Source of the DNA: Eledone cirrhosa
Taxonomy: Eukaryota
Direction of reading: 5' to 3'
NCBI GenBank assembly: GCA_964016885.1
Contig: OZ024740.1
Span: forward strand, 355,384,001 to 355,448,000
Length of the DNA stretch: 64,000 nt
Part shown: piece by piece, positions 13,897 to 25,701 of the stretch
How the letters are laid out: each line of letters opens with the position of its first letter
How positions within the stretch are numbered: position 1 is the stretch's first letter
Program-made: the position numbers and the translations under genes
The notes under the pieces: generated by a model
What the model was told of the DNA's origin: nothing
Seen by the model: only the letters and a program-made list of their open reading frames with translations
The model's database searches: none

Positions 13897-14836
13897 TGAT
13901 CACATTAGCATAGGAGCCTTTATATTCTTTCATATAATGAATAATATCCCTAACCACATTTTCATTAATACAAGTCTGAAACATCCCCACCTCTACAAAA
14001 AACGATTATCTTTGGATAAATGCAAAGACACCTTTTTTTAAAATTTATAAATGATCATAACGATAAGAAAGCATAGAAATTAGACCGATTAGTCTAAAGT
14101 CTATCTTAAGCCAGACGTCTCATTTGGCCGGTGCTTATCCCAGTTTCATGGCGTGAAGCGACTGAGAGTACAAAACTACCCCCTGGACAGGACGCCAGTC
14201 CATCGCAGGGTTAAACCCCCTGTTATTGCTGGAGCAACGTGAAATGAAGTGTTTTGCTCAAGAACACAACATGCAACCCAGGAATCAAACCCACGAAATT
14301 ATGATCATAAGTCCAACACCCTTACCACTAGGCCACGTGCCTCCACACCACATTAGTACCAATCCAAATTATTACACTCACCTTGGAATATGAAAAAAAC
14401 TTCTAATGCGTTATATATCATCACAGGAAGAACTGATCCATATGCATTTGCCAGGTCAAGCTAGCCAACCTGAAGCTTTCTTCCTTCTCTTTTGTCATAC
14501 AGAATGGAGCTCCAAATCAGCTGTGCATGTTCAAGGAAAAGTACACTGGAATTTCTCTTAGTAGTTCTGTGACTTGTAATAGCTGACACTGGACTCCTGT
14601 GTTGCATGAGCATATATACTAGTAATTTTCCACAAGCTGTATATTGGTCTAATTTCACTGCTTTCTTACTGCTATGATCATTTATAAATTAAAAAAAAAA
14701 GGTGTCTTTGCATTTATCCAAAGATAATCGTTTTTGTAGGGGTGGGGATGTTTCAGACTTGTATTAATGAAAATGTGGTTAGGGATATTATTCATTATAT
14801 GAAAGAATATAAAGGCTCCTATGCTAATGTGATCAT
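13897..14836. repeat. ~175-bp inverted repeat pair enclosing a SINE
   Basis: ~13897-14073 is the reverse complement of ~14659-14836. Confidence 0.75.
14080..14347 (-). mobile_element. tRNA-derived SINE
   Basis: The minus strand starts tggaggcacgtggcctagtggtaagg. Same family as 41147-41420 (+). Confidence 0.75.
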
Positions 14837-15830
14837 ATTTGATGCCATGTATGTTTTATGTATGTATGTGTGTATGTGTCGGGTCACTCTTGAATACTAC
14901 TGGTAACATGTAACCCAGTACAATCTGTCACATGGTTGAGTTATTGGCGTCTAAACCGGCAACCCCACCAAGTTTTACTTGGTGAGGAGGGTGATTCTGG
15001 ACACCCTGCAGGACAAAAAACAAAACATGACAAAGTGCGGAAGAACTCATAAGAGCCTTTGTCAGAGCATTCTTCTAGGAGAAGGCAACTCAGAAAACTG
15101 GGATAACTCTGATATAAAACCTGTGGCTCAGTAGTTACCGATGATGTTGATCTTTCTTTTCGGATTACAGCTACTGTCGCTCAGAGATTGGGATTGGCTC
15201 AGTGCACAGTCTTTCCTCACTTAAAAAAAATTTTTAGGCACAGGCATTGCACTATAGCATTAATTGATAATTATTAATAATTTTATATGGCCATACTCGA
15301 TAATGAGGGGGCAGCCATCATGTATGTATGCGTGCATACATGTATGTACGCATACATGTATGTATGTGGTATGTGTGTGTATGTAGAGAAATACTTGGTA
15401 TGGTGCCCGAGTGCATGGTTAGCCCACTGGGAGTGTTGAGATATCATTCTAGAAGGCAAACTCTGATGTAAAACCTGCAACTCGAAGGCAACAGCCAATG
15501 GTATTGACCTGTTCTTCTATTTGGATACCTGTCACCATTGTTCTGAAAGTGGAATTGGTCCAGTGCAAAACATGTTTTTCACTGAAAAGAACTTCAAGCA
15601 CAAGCACCACTTGATCTAAACATCCTTCACATGTGTTGCATAAGCATGGTTGGCCATAGCCAAAAAAGCCTTGTTTTTTACCTGCTGCAACATATTCAGA
15701 AAGGAATGTAAGTCTTTGGGAGGATTAAAAAGACATATTTATGCCCCCAATGTTTGATTAAACGTTCAAATGATAACAATTCTTAAAATTGAGATGCAGT
15801 CATCATGTACAAATATGTTTTATATTTCAG

Positions 15831-16195
15831 AAAACTGGTCCCAAGTTGAAGCTAATTTGCATTTAAAAAGAAAATTCAGTTTACAAATTATGGTTGTCTT
15901 CTTTACCAGCACTATCTTGGTGATTATTGGGGGTCTGTCATTTTGGATTGATGCTGAAAGCACTGCAGCCCGTATGTCCCTTGGTTTGATCACCTTACTC
16001 ACTCTTATAACTCACAACTCAAGCCTGCATCCATCAAAAGACTACTTTGCAACAGGAATGCTAGGAATTGACATATGGCTTATTATATGTCTCAGCTTTG
16101 TCTTTGCAGCCTTAATTGAATTCATTTTACTTAACCATTCAATAACATACCACAGAAAATTTAAAATGACCAACAATCAGCCATCACATGTTTCA
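15831..16195 (+). CDS. Cys-loop channel, M1-M2-M3 exon
   Basis: tttcag|AA...TCA|gtaagt. ...LHLKRK-M1-SFWIDAESTAARMSLGLITLLTL...IDIWLIICLSFVFAALIEF. Confidence 0.93.
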
Positions 16196-17048
16196 GTAAG
16201 TAAAAACTTGAAATTATCAAATTCAATAATTAATTCAAAATAAATAAAATGTATGGTAGTGCTCCAGCATGGCGTCAGCTTGTTAGCTGCAATACATAAG
16301 AGAGTAATAGAATATGAGTAAGATGCAGTCTGCACTCCAGTTTCACATATTATTCTGCTTGCTGGGACAAGATAAGGAGGAGGAGGTCCCCTTTGGTTAA
16401 GGCTACCCATGGTTTTACACTAAAAAGTTCCTCTCCAAGGTATGAGCCAGGGCAAGGTATTTTTATAGAAGAGCAGCAGTCACCCATGCATGCCAGTCTC
16501 TTCTCTTCATGCCAGCGATGTTGTCCAAAATGAAAGGCAAAAGCTGATAAATCTTGGCACCAGTACCATTGCAACTCACTGGAACCTCCTTTCTCACTCC
16601 CCATAAGCTGCTGCTCTGCACTTTCCACACTATCCAAGGTCCCCCTTCATAACCCAAACACTTGTTCTCATTCTCTTTTTTTCTCCCTCCATATACAGCT
16701 CACAATGCCACTTTCACCCTGTGCTTATAATCTCCTCCTACTACCATCATGGACTCTCTTTGCATGACTGAGAAGACAATAATCATCTTAGTGTTAGTGG
16801 CACAATAAAATACACCCTGTACACTCTGTAAGTGGCAGTGCTAGTGCCAAAATAAAATGTACCAAGATCACTCTGTAAAGTGACAGTGTCAGTGTCACAA
16901 TACATGCTGTAAACTGGTTGATATTAGAAAACCATGCCAAAATGAAATGTGTGATCAACAGACATGTCTAGTCTCAGAACATGACAATCTGTTCCACCCA
17001 TGCCAGCATAGAAAAGAGACATAAAATGGTGACGATGATGACGATATA

Positions 17049-17117
<69 letters not shown>

Positions 17118-17138
17118 ACCGTACCTTTGTGTATATAT

Positions 17139-17180
<42 letters not shown>

Positions 17181-17319
17181 TATATAACCGTACCTTTGTA
17201 TATTCTGAAACTTAGTGGTTTGATAAATATAGAGCAATAATATAAGTACTGAACTTGAAAATTTTAAGTACTAAATTGATAAGTTTTATCTGTGTACAAA
17301 CAGGATCATCAGACAAGAG

Positions 17320-17370
17320 TCTTGTCTGATGACTATGTGAGTACACAGGTGAAACACCAGAGTAACAAGA
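17320..17370 (+). ncRNA. Degenerate hammerhead ribozyme
   Basis: ucuugu CUGAUGA cuaugug agua cacaggu GAAA caccagag UA acaaga. Stem I is 6 bp; stems II and III have mismatches. Preceded by an inverted copy of its own 5' end (17306-17318). Confidence 0.6.
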
Positions 17371-17682
17371 TACATCACTGTATGGTCTACACAATAAGTG
17401 ATCACCCAGTACACTTCTGTAGTTGCTGATAGGAAGGGCATCCAGCCATGGAAATCCTGACAAACAAAGGGTATGGAAGACTTTTTAGCTATGCCAAGGA
17501 CATGACATCCCACCTGGTGCTGGTGCCATGATAAAATGCATACAGTCTGTGTTGACATGTCCAACCCTTGTAAAGAGAAAATGACGGCGACAATATATAT
17601 GTTGGTGTTAGGAAGGGCATCCAGAAACCGTAAAAACCCAACCAAAACATGATCCTGCTATGAGCAAGGTACAGCATGGACA

Positions 17683-18338
17683 ACTGGCCAAACCCTCCTC
17701 ATAATGAGATCACCCAGCTTCCAAAATACAATTCCGCTATGAGCAGGGTACAGAGTGACTAACTGGCCAAACCTCCCTCATAATGAGATCACCCAGCTCC
17801 CAAAATACAATTCCGCTATGAGCAGAGTACAGAGTGACTAACTGGCCAAACCTCCCTCATAATGAGATCACCCAGCTCCCAAAATACAATTCCGCTATGA
17901 GCAGGGTACAGAGTGACTAACTGGCCAAACCTCCCTCATAATGAGATCACCCAGCTCCCAAAATACAATTCCGCTATGAGCAGGGTACAGAGTGACTAAC
18001 TGGCCAAACCTCCCTCATAATGAGATCACCCAGCTCCCAAAATACAATTCCGCTATGAGCAGGGTACAGAGTGACTAACTGGCCAAACCTCCCTCATAAT
18101 GAGATCACCCAGCTCCCAAAATACAATTCCGCTATGAGCAGGGTACAGAGTGACTAACTGGCCAAACCTCCCTCATAATGAGATCACCCAGCTCCCAAAA
18201 TACAATTCCGCTATGAGCAGGGTACAGAGTGACTAACTGGCCAAACCTCCCTCATAATGAGATCACCCAGCTCCCAAAATACAATTCCGCTATGAGCAGG
18301 GTACAGAGTGACTAACTGGCCAAACCCTCCTCATAATG
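17683..18338. repeat. 79-bp minisatellite, ~8 copies, SINE-derived
   Basis: Unit actggccaaacctccctcataatgagatcacccagctcccaaaatacaattccgctatgagcagggtacagagtgacta starts at 17762, 17841, 17920 and onward. Flanks are SINE 3' sequence. Confidence 0.95.
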
Positions 18339-18540
18339 TGACCACACTGTAAACATGGTTGGTTTTAGGAAGGGCATCCAGCTGTAAAAATTCAACCAAA
18401 ATACAGTTCCCTTTAAGCAAGGTACAGCATGGTCAACTGGTCCGACTTGTCTCATAGTGTGGATGACCCATCTAACCCATGCAATCATGGAGAAAATAGA
18501 TGTTAAACAGTGCTGCTGCTGATGATGAATATATATATGT

Positions 18541-18595
18541 ATGTATTCCTGATGATTTCATAGGAATGAAACAGTTCTAGTCTTGTAGAAGTCAT
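18541..18595 (+). ncRNA. Short or degenerate hammerhead ribozyme
   Basis: uuc CUGAUGA uuuc auag gaau GAAA cag uucuaguc uug UA gaa; followed by the ttgagtgc motif seen near other Penelope-like ends here. Confidence 0.55.
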
Positions 18596-18744
18596 TTCTA
18601 CATAAAATAAAGATGCCTATACTCTACTAACATATTGAGTGCCTTTTTTTATCTGTGGGCACCACTCGATATCCATTGGGAATCCACCCATGATTATACA
18701 TATATATTGAACCCAATAATACCAGTATAATAATAATAATAATG

Positions 18745-19052
18745 AAATTATTGTGTAAAGTGCTCAGGTGCACCACAACTCGTCAATATAGTACATAGAA
18801 TAATACACAAATGCCAGGGAAGTACATGTTTGTATGTGTTAGCTGTAGTGTTGGCGGATCTCGGGAAGCATGGAGGCCTTAAAGGATGCAGTGTCTCGAC
18901 AGCTAACAACTGATGCAGGTAGTTTGTTCCATGCTTCAGCAACTCTGAGCGTGAAAAAATGTTTCCGAAAGTCATGGGAACTGTGCTGTTTTCTTACTTT
19001 GTGGGCATGTCCACGTGTGTTAGACACATGGAAATCGAAAAGGCACTCAGGG
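18745..19052 (-). mobile_element. CR1-type LINE 3' fragment
   Basis: TRGHAHKVRK...RKHFFTLRVAEAWNKLPASVV is the typical CR1 ORF2 C-terminus. Confidence 0.85.
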
Positions 19053-19816
19053 TATACTAAGCGTTTGTTGACTCTTTAATTTAGTAGATTCACCCGTTTG
19101 GCCAATTCCAAGCACTATATTATTACCATCATCATCATTACTTTTGCATCAATTTTTCCATGTTGGCAGGTGTTCAACATGCCATTTGAAGCAGAATACT
19201 ATTTGTCATACCGTTCCTAATGCTAAATCTCAATTCATTTATCTATTTGATTATTGTAATGCAAAGAGAAATGAAGAAAGGAGTAGAGATAAATACACAT
19301 ATGTACATACATTTACATATACGATGAACTTCCTTACAGTTTCCATTTACCAAATGCACTCACAAAGCATTGGCCAGTTCAAGGCTATAGCAGAATGTTC
19401 AAGGTGCTAGGTAGTAGGGTAATACACAGACCACATGGTTTTGAAGCTATAGTACATACCACAATAGTTTTACTTTCAAAGAGTAAAGTCTTCTATATCT
19501 ACATACATTCTTCTCAACCTTTTTTCTTTCCTTTAATTAACTTAATTGCTTGTCTTTTAACTCTTAATAGACTGTAATGATTTACCAGAAAATATCTAAA
19601 AACGGGTGAGTTAATTCAAATATTTGTAGTGTCGTTACTATTAGACAAATTTTCGTTAAAATTTGTGGTATTTGAGTAAAGGTTTTAATTTTTAATGTGA
19701 TCCTGTCACAGTGTTATTTTGAACTTTTCAAGATTGTACTAGTGCAATTTCATGTAGTACGTCTTTCCTTCACAATCTGCATCGCATATAAGATTTTGAT
19801 TTTGTTTCTCTTTCAG

Positions 19817-20032
19817 TTTCCAAGCAGAGAGCAAGTAAATATACTTGACAAGAAAGAAAACCATGCAAACAGAATGGTTATAGAAAGGGATGTTGATAAA
19901 TACAAAATAACTGCCGATAACAATGAAAATGAAGGTAAACGAACTAACAAAGCTGACCGTTACTGCAGAGTTATCTTCCCTTGTGCTTTCATAGTTACCA
20001 ACATTATATATTGGGTGTGGCATTTTTGCTAA
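19817..20032 (+). CDS. Cys-loop channel, terminal M4 exon
   Basis: tttcag|TTT; ...KADRYCRVIFPCAFIVTNIIYWVWHFC-stop matches the DxxxRxxFPxxFxxxNxxYW M4 pattern. Confidence 0.92.
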   Translation, partial: FPSREQVNILDKKENHANRMVIERDVDKYKITADNNENEGKRTNKADRYCRVIFPCAFIVTNIIYWVWHFC

Positions 20033-20474
20033 CTCCCTTTTATTAGTTTTCTCTTGAAAATACAGGTACAACATTGATTTTTTTTCACACCCCTTTTAAT
20101 CTTGACATAATTATGAGCGGACACTTGAATTTTCTACGACTAGCCACATTAGTTTACTACATGGCCACAGACGACACTGTGTACCATTTGTATTCATCTA
20201 AATATCAGCAGATGTTATAGCTCCAGTGAATTGGGAAAACGTTGTATTATTTTACTTAAATTCTCCCTTTGTTATACCTTTCCAACATATTGTAAATGTT
20301 AAAAGACTTGTGGTTTTATATCATTACTGTTAAGGTGTAAGGAGAGTGTTTCTGTTTTTAATGAATAAACAAAGGTGTGTTTGGGACGATTTTGTAGTAA
20401 AAAAGTTATTTAACACTGCAGTGGTTTTCCTAAGAAGTTCAAAAGACCGAAATCTATAGAGAACTCCATAAATG

Positions 20475-20527
<53 letters not shown>

Positions 20528-20529
<2 letters not shown>

Positions 20530-20802
20530 CCGAAACAAATGAGATCGTGTAGGTGTCACGACAAAAAAACACACAGTCCACGCTGTAATGTGGCCGTGTA
20601 GGCAACACGGTAAAAACCTCCCAGACCCACACTGTAAATGTGGTTGGTGTTAGGAAGGGCATCCAACTGTAGAAAACCTGCCAGACAGTCCTATGCGAGC
20701 AAGACAATCACTCTTGCCTCAAGTGGGACTACCCCCGTCCAAACCCATGCAAGCGCGGAACACGGACGTTAAACGTTGATGATGATGATGATGATGATGA
20801 TA
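20528..20802 (+). mobile_element. RTE subfamily B 3' UTR fragment
   Basis: Near-identical to 50036-50305; (ATG)n tail; starts at (TA)n. Confidence 0.9.
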
Positions 20803-21101
20803 TACACACATATATAACCATATAGCAAATATTTATTATTTGGATAGATTAAATAAAAGTTTTACCACAGAACCTCTGCCAAAGTTTCTGAAGATCCATG
20901 TGTAGAGTGAAAGCAGAGATTCTATGCTCAAACTATATATATAAGCAGAAGGGATATTCAATTTGTTGGTAATTCAACAAATATAAATGTTTATAACTGA
21001 TTCAGAGCACTCAACGAGTTTTCTGGAGTATAATATACAATGATATTAAATAAATGGAAACTAAACTATATTTATAAAACCATATTTATTTATATATTTT
21101 A

Positions 21102-21158
21102 TTCTATTATATATATTTCAAGGGTACCAAAATGTTGGTACGCTGTCATCAGATAAAA
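21102..21158 (-). ncRNA. Hammerhead ribozyme in inverted pLTR
   Basis: uuuuau CUGAUGA cagcguaccaa cauu uugguacccuu GAAA uauaua UA auagaa. Confidence 0.75.
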
Positions 21159-22085
21159 TACGAAGTGTGTTTTATAAATTTTGACATAACCAAAGAGAAT
21201 ATACCTTAACGGTTCAAGTTTTCCGTGGATAGTGAAGGAATAAGAGAAGAAAAGTCAGATATTTCAAATAATAGTATAATAGTACCGTTCTGAACAACAA
21301 TAACTCCAGTAAATGTAACTGTAGAATCAAATCAAACTGCCCTTTACAAAATAATTGTTTAGACAAAAACGTAGTTTATAAATGCACAGTTAAAACTAGA
21401 GACAAAATATTTAACTATGTTGGTACCACTTCAACAAAATTTAAAAAACGCTGGAATAACAATAATCATACATTTAAGAGATCTGATAAAAAAATCTTCT
21501 ACTTCACTTTCACATCTAATTTGGAATTTAAAAGACAACAATATAGACTATTCAATATCTTGGAGAACGATTTCGAAAGCACCTGCATACCGAAATATGG
21601 CTTTATCAAGATTCTGTAAATTGTGTATCGAAGAAATTTTTTATATAATTAACTGTCAAAACTCTATTAATCTCAGAACAGAATTATTTTCTTCTTGCAG
21701 ACATCGCCAAAATTCCACGTTCAGAACTATTTTAAATTTATAATATTCCTATACACCTTCAAAATGATCCTACCTTTTAAAAAATTTAAATGTAAATTTT
21801 TTAAATATTTTAAATATTTTTTAAATATTTTTAATATTTCTAACTTTTTTAATATCTCTAATATTTATAATATTTTTAATATATATATTTAATATTTTAA
21901 TTTCCGACATTATTTTAATTCTGACATTATTTTTAATTCTGACATTATTTTTCTAAGGTCACCCCTCTAAATATATTTTTTAGATGTAGATTGATAATCT
22001 TTAAATGACATTCTGAAAATGTATCCTCTTTACGATAGATCTTTGAAAAGCACATTACATTTTTCCTCTCTATTTTTGGTATTCA

Positions 22086-22147
22086 AATTATGGTTGTAAG
22101 TATTTTTATCTTATTACAATAAGATAAAAATACTTACAACCATAATT
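22086..22147. repeat. Perfect 30-bp-arm palindrome
   Basis: aattatggttgtaagtatttttatcttatt-ac-aataagataaaaatacttacaaccataatt. Confidence 0.95.
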
Positions 22148-22432
22148 CTTCATATAATCTAATTGATTATATATACAATATTATAACTCATAATATAGGT
22201 AACAAAATTTTTCCCCAAAAATTAACGTTATTCCTTTCTCTTTCTCTTCCTTATCATAATTAGTTAAATTTTCCATAGCATCTAAAATAACGTTTTTTTA
22301 GCCCTCATTTGCATACTCATATTAATAATTTTAAATATCTGTTTTCTCTCTTGCCTTCACTTTCCAGGGATAACTTGAACCGTTAAGTTATATTATCCTT
22401 GGTCATGTCAAATATTTATAAAACATTTTGTA

Positions 22433-22489
22433 TTTTATCTGATGATAGCGTACCAAAATGTTGGTACCCTTGAAATATATATAATTGAA
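22433..22489 (+). ncRNA. Hammerhead ribozyme in 3' pLTR
   Basis: uuuuau CUGAUGA uagcguaccaa aaug uugguacccuu GAAA uauaua UA auugaa. Confidence 0.7.
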
Positions 22490-22535
22490 TAAATATGGTT
22501 TTATAAATATAGTTTCCATTTATTTAATATCATTG

Positions 22536-22631
<96 letters not shown>

Positions 22632-23864
22632 ATGAATGTGTGTGTGTGTATGTATGAATATGTGTGCATGTGTGTGTGTGTGTGTGTGCATGTGTATATA
22701 TGTGTGTATGGAAAATGGAATATAACAAAAAGCATTTGAAAAGCCAAATTTGAAGAGTTTTGAGAGTTGAAGCCTATTCAGGATATTTCTATTTTTAATG
22801 CCTCTGTGAAAGACATTGATGCTACACAATTTGGAACCTGTTTTTTGTAAGAAATGAATATTTTACAGAGGTATAAACATCAAAACATCCAATACCTACA
22901 CAACACACACCCTTTTATATATGGAGTCAGTGTGCATGATTTAGGAGTAAGTGGGGAAAGGAAGCTGAATTTTTCATGTATTTCTCAAAACGTAAGCAAT
23001 GTAAGTTGTTGTTTAATCCTTTTGTAACCATATCTCAAGTAAATGTCCAACCCCTGCTAGCAAGGAAAGTGGACATGATACATCGATGATGCCTATTGCC
23101 TTTGTCTTAATTTTGAAAATAATCAAGAGGTTTAGTAATACACCTTTCAATTTTAAGAAAGACCAATGTTTGCCTATTGAAATATCACAATATTATCTTT
23201 TATATAATAATGATTTCAGCTCTACACGCTTAATGGGGCAGTTTGGGGTTGAAAAGTTTTTTAAAAGCTTAACCCAAAGTCAACCTTAAAATCAAAGGCA
23301 TTGCATCTATGACAATATATTTTTTTTTTGTTTTTTTTTTCAGGTATAAAGTAACTATAACTACATTATCGAATGTGTTGCTCTTATTTTTAAGACTGTA
23401 GGATGTGATTTAGATTTTATTTGTAGCAAGTTGAGCAACCATGTAGATGCTCCCTTATTTTAAGTTATTAATAAAAAGCTGTTTACAATGAAATGTCTTT
23501 TTTCATCATATTAAAGAATGTTTCTTTGTTGTTTTGTAGCAATATAAGGATACACATAATTCCAATTCTGTAAAATGTAGACATATGATGAAAATACATT
23601 CTGGATATTAGAAATGGAAGTTTAGATAGTAATAAAGAGGATTTCACAACTATTTCTGAATGGCAGTAATTCAAGGGAGATTACTCTAAATAGATTTCTG
23701 TTCTGTTCATAAATCAATGTATTATGCCTTGTGCAATATTATATAATATAATTGTTTCTACTTTTGGCACAAGGCCAGCAATTATCCAGTGTATTACTGG
23801 TACTTTATTTTATCGACCCCGTAAGGATGAAAGGCAAAGTTAACCGCGGCTATATGATATAATG

Positions 23865-24420
23865 AAAATTATTGTGTACAGTTCTCGGGTGCACTACAAC
23901 TCACCAAAGGTGCATGTATAGTATATAGAATAGTGTACAAGTGTCAGGAAAGTAAACAGTGTATGAGTCATGATATACACACAAATACATACGTACGTGT
24001 GTATGGAGGGGGAATATCAGGTGTAGTGTTGGCGAATTTCAGGAAGCACAGAAGTTTTGAAGGATGTAGTGTTCCGACGGCTAACAACCGATGCAGGTAG
24101 TTTGTTCCATTCTTCAGCAACTCTGAGTGTGAAAAAATGTTTCCAAAAGTCCTGGGAGCTGTTCTGTTTTCTGACTTTGTAGGCATATCCACAGGTGTTA
24201 GACACATGGAATTCAAAAATGGGCTCAGGGTTGTTGTTGGCAAGATGGTTAATAATTTTGTGGGTGTTTACCAAGTCAGTTGCCAGACGTCGGAGCTTTA
24301 ATCTATCCATGCCCAGGGAAGCAAGGCATTCAGTGTATGGTAGATGCCTGATGGTGGGTATTCGCTTGGTTGCACGTCTCTGAACAGTTTCCAGGAGGTC
24401 AATATTCTTCTGAGCAAGAT
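23865..24420 (-). mobile_element. CR1-type LINE 3' fragment
   Basis: LLETVQRRATKRIP...LRRLATDLVNTHKII...KHFFTLRVAEEWNKLP. Confidence 0.88.
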
Positions 24421-24434
24421 GAAAAAAGGGAAAT

Positions 24435-24549
24435 GCTTACAGCACCTAGGTTTCCCAAGGTCAGCCATCTAAGTACTAACTAGGCACGACTTTGGTTCTC
24501 ATCCAATCACTGAAGTAAAGCAATGTTTTCAGCGTGATATCGCTGTAAA
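24435..24549 (-). pseudogene. 5S rRNA pseudogene with ~30-bp internal inversion
   Basis: The minus strand has the 5S 5' part (tacagcgatatcacgctgaaaaca) and 3' part (gttagtacttagatggctgacc..gggaa..ggtgctgtaagc). The middle part ggttctcatccaatcactgaagtaaagcaa reads on the plus strand at 24494-24523. Confidence 0.85.
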
Positions 24550-25229
24550 ATATACCCACCAATCACACACTGTTCAAAAGGTAGTGAAATGGAAAATGAA
24601 CTAAACAGTATTTACTGTCAGTCTACTAAATTTGTAATTCAACTGCTTCAGTTCATTTAGTAATAAATTGTATGTATGTACGAATGGCTCCATAACTCTT
24701 GATAGAGTTGAAGTGGGAGGGTGGTATTGTTACATACTGTGTGTCTTAGGCATTTTAAACCTGGCAGAGCCCATCCTCTTTCCAAGTCTGAACACAGTCA
24801 ATTTTTTCTAGAGTAGGAGAGTGATAAAGAGGAAGTGAGAAAGAGATATAGAGAAGAATCGACTCCAGTACACAACTGATACTTTTTTTATTGACCTTGA
24901 AAGAATGAAAGGCAAAGTTGACATCAATGGATGTCAGAATGCAGAGAGCTGAAATGAATACCACAAAGCAGTCTGTCAGACGTTCTAACATCTCTGTCAA
25001 TTTACCACCTACAGATGACGAAGGACCATGATGAGTGGAGAGATGCGGTGCTGAAGAGGACCTGTCCCACCCTAGCAAGCAAGGAAAAGCGGATGTAAAA
25101 TGATGATGATGATGATAATAAATTAAGGGTGAATTGAATTAAGGAAATGCTACAAACATTTGGTGTCAAAATATTTTTTTTTATCACAAATGGTGAATAA
25201 AAGCTTGTGCAACCAGGCTCAGCTGCTAG

Positions 25230-25268
<39 letters not shown>

Positions 25269-25287
25269 TTATATATACACATATGTA

Positions 25288-25334
<47 letters not shown>

Positions 25335-25353
25335 TTATATATACACATATGTA

Positions 25354-25417
<64 letters not shown>

Positions 25418-25701
25418 TATGTATGTATATATGTGTGTGTGTGTATATATATATACACACACACACACATATATATATGTATATATATATATATATATAC
25501 ATAGGTGTGTGGCATAGTTTTTAGGGAGGTTATGATCATAACATTGTGGGTTCAATTCCTGGACTAGATGGTACATTGTTTCTTGATCAAAATACTTTAT
25601 TCTATATTGCTCCTTCTGGCAGGAGCTGCAGCTGGTGGTAGATAGTATCAGCTCTGAAGACCAACGGAAACATTGTTTACTTGTTCCAATCTGACAACTG
25701 G

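Larger units (their letters stand above)
20940..22540 (+). mobile_element. Penelope-like element: GIY-YIG endonuclease remnant, 3' pLTR and inverted 5' pLTR copy
   Basis: ~21350-21743 encodes (frameshifted) CLDKNVVYKCTV...YVGTTSTKFKKRW...TSLSHLIWNLK...CKLCIEE...ELFSSCRH. ~21040-21255 is the reverse complement of ~22345-22540. Confidence 0.88.

Noticed and set aside
7235-20032. Assignment as an octopus chemotactile receptor or as a named GlyR/GluCl/GABA gene
   Set aside because: The multi-exon anion-channel layout and M2 sequence do not fit nAChR-derived chemotactile receptors, and divergence is too high to assign a symbol without a phylogeny.
22485-25576. Many [12 protein letters not shown] ORFs here and elsewhere (e.g. 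2802-3078, 13341-13698, 62234-62648)
   Set aside because: Translations of (TA)n, (CA)n, (TACA)n and (GA)n microsatellites.
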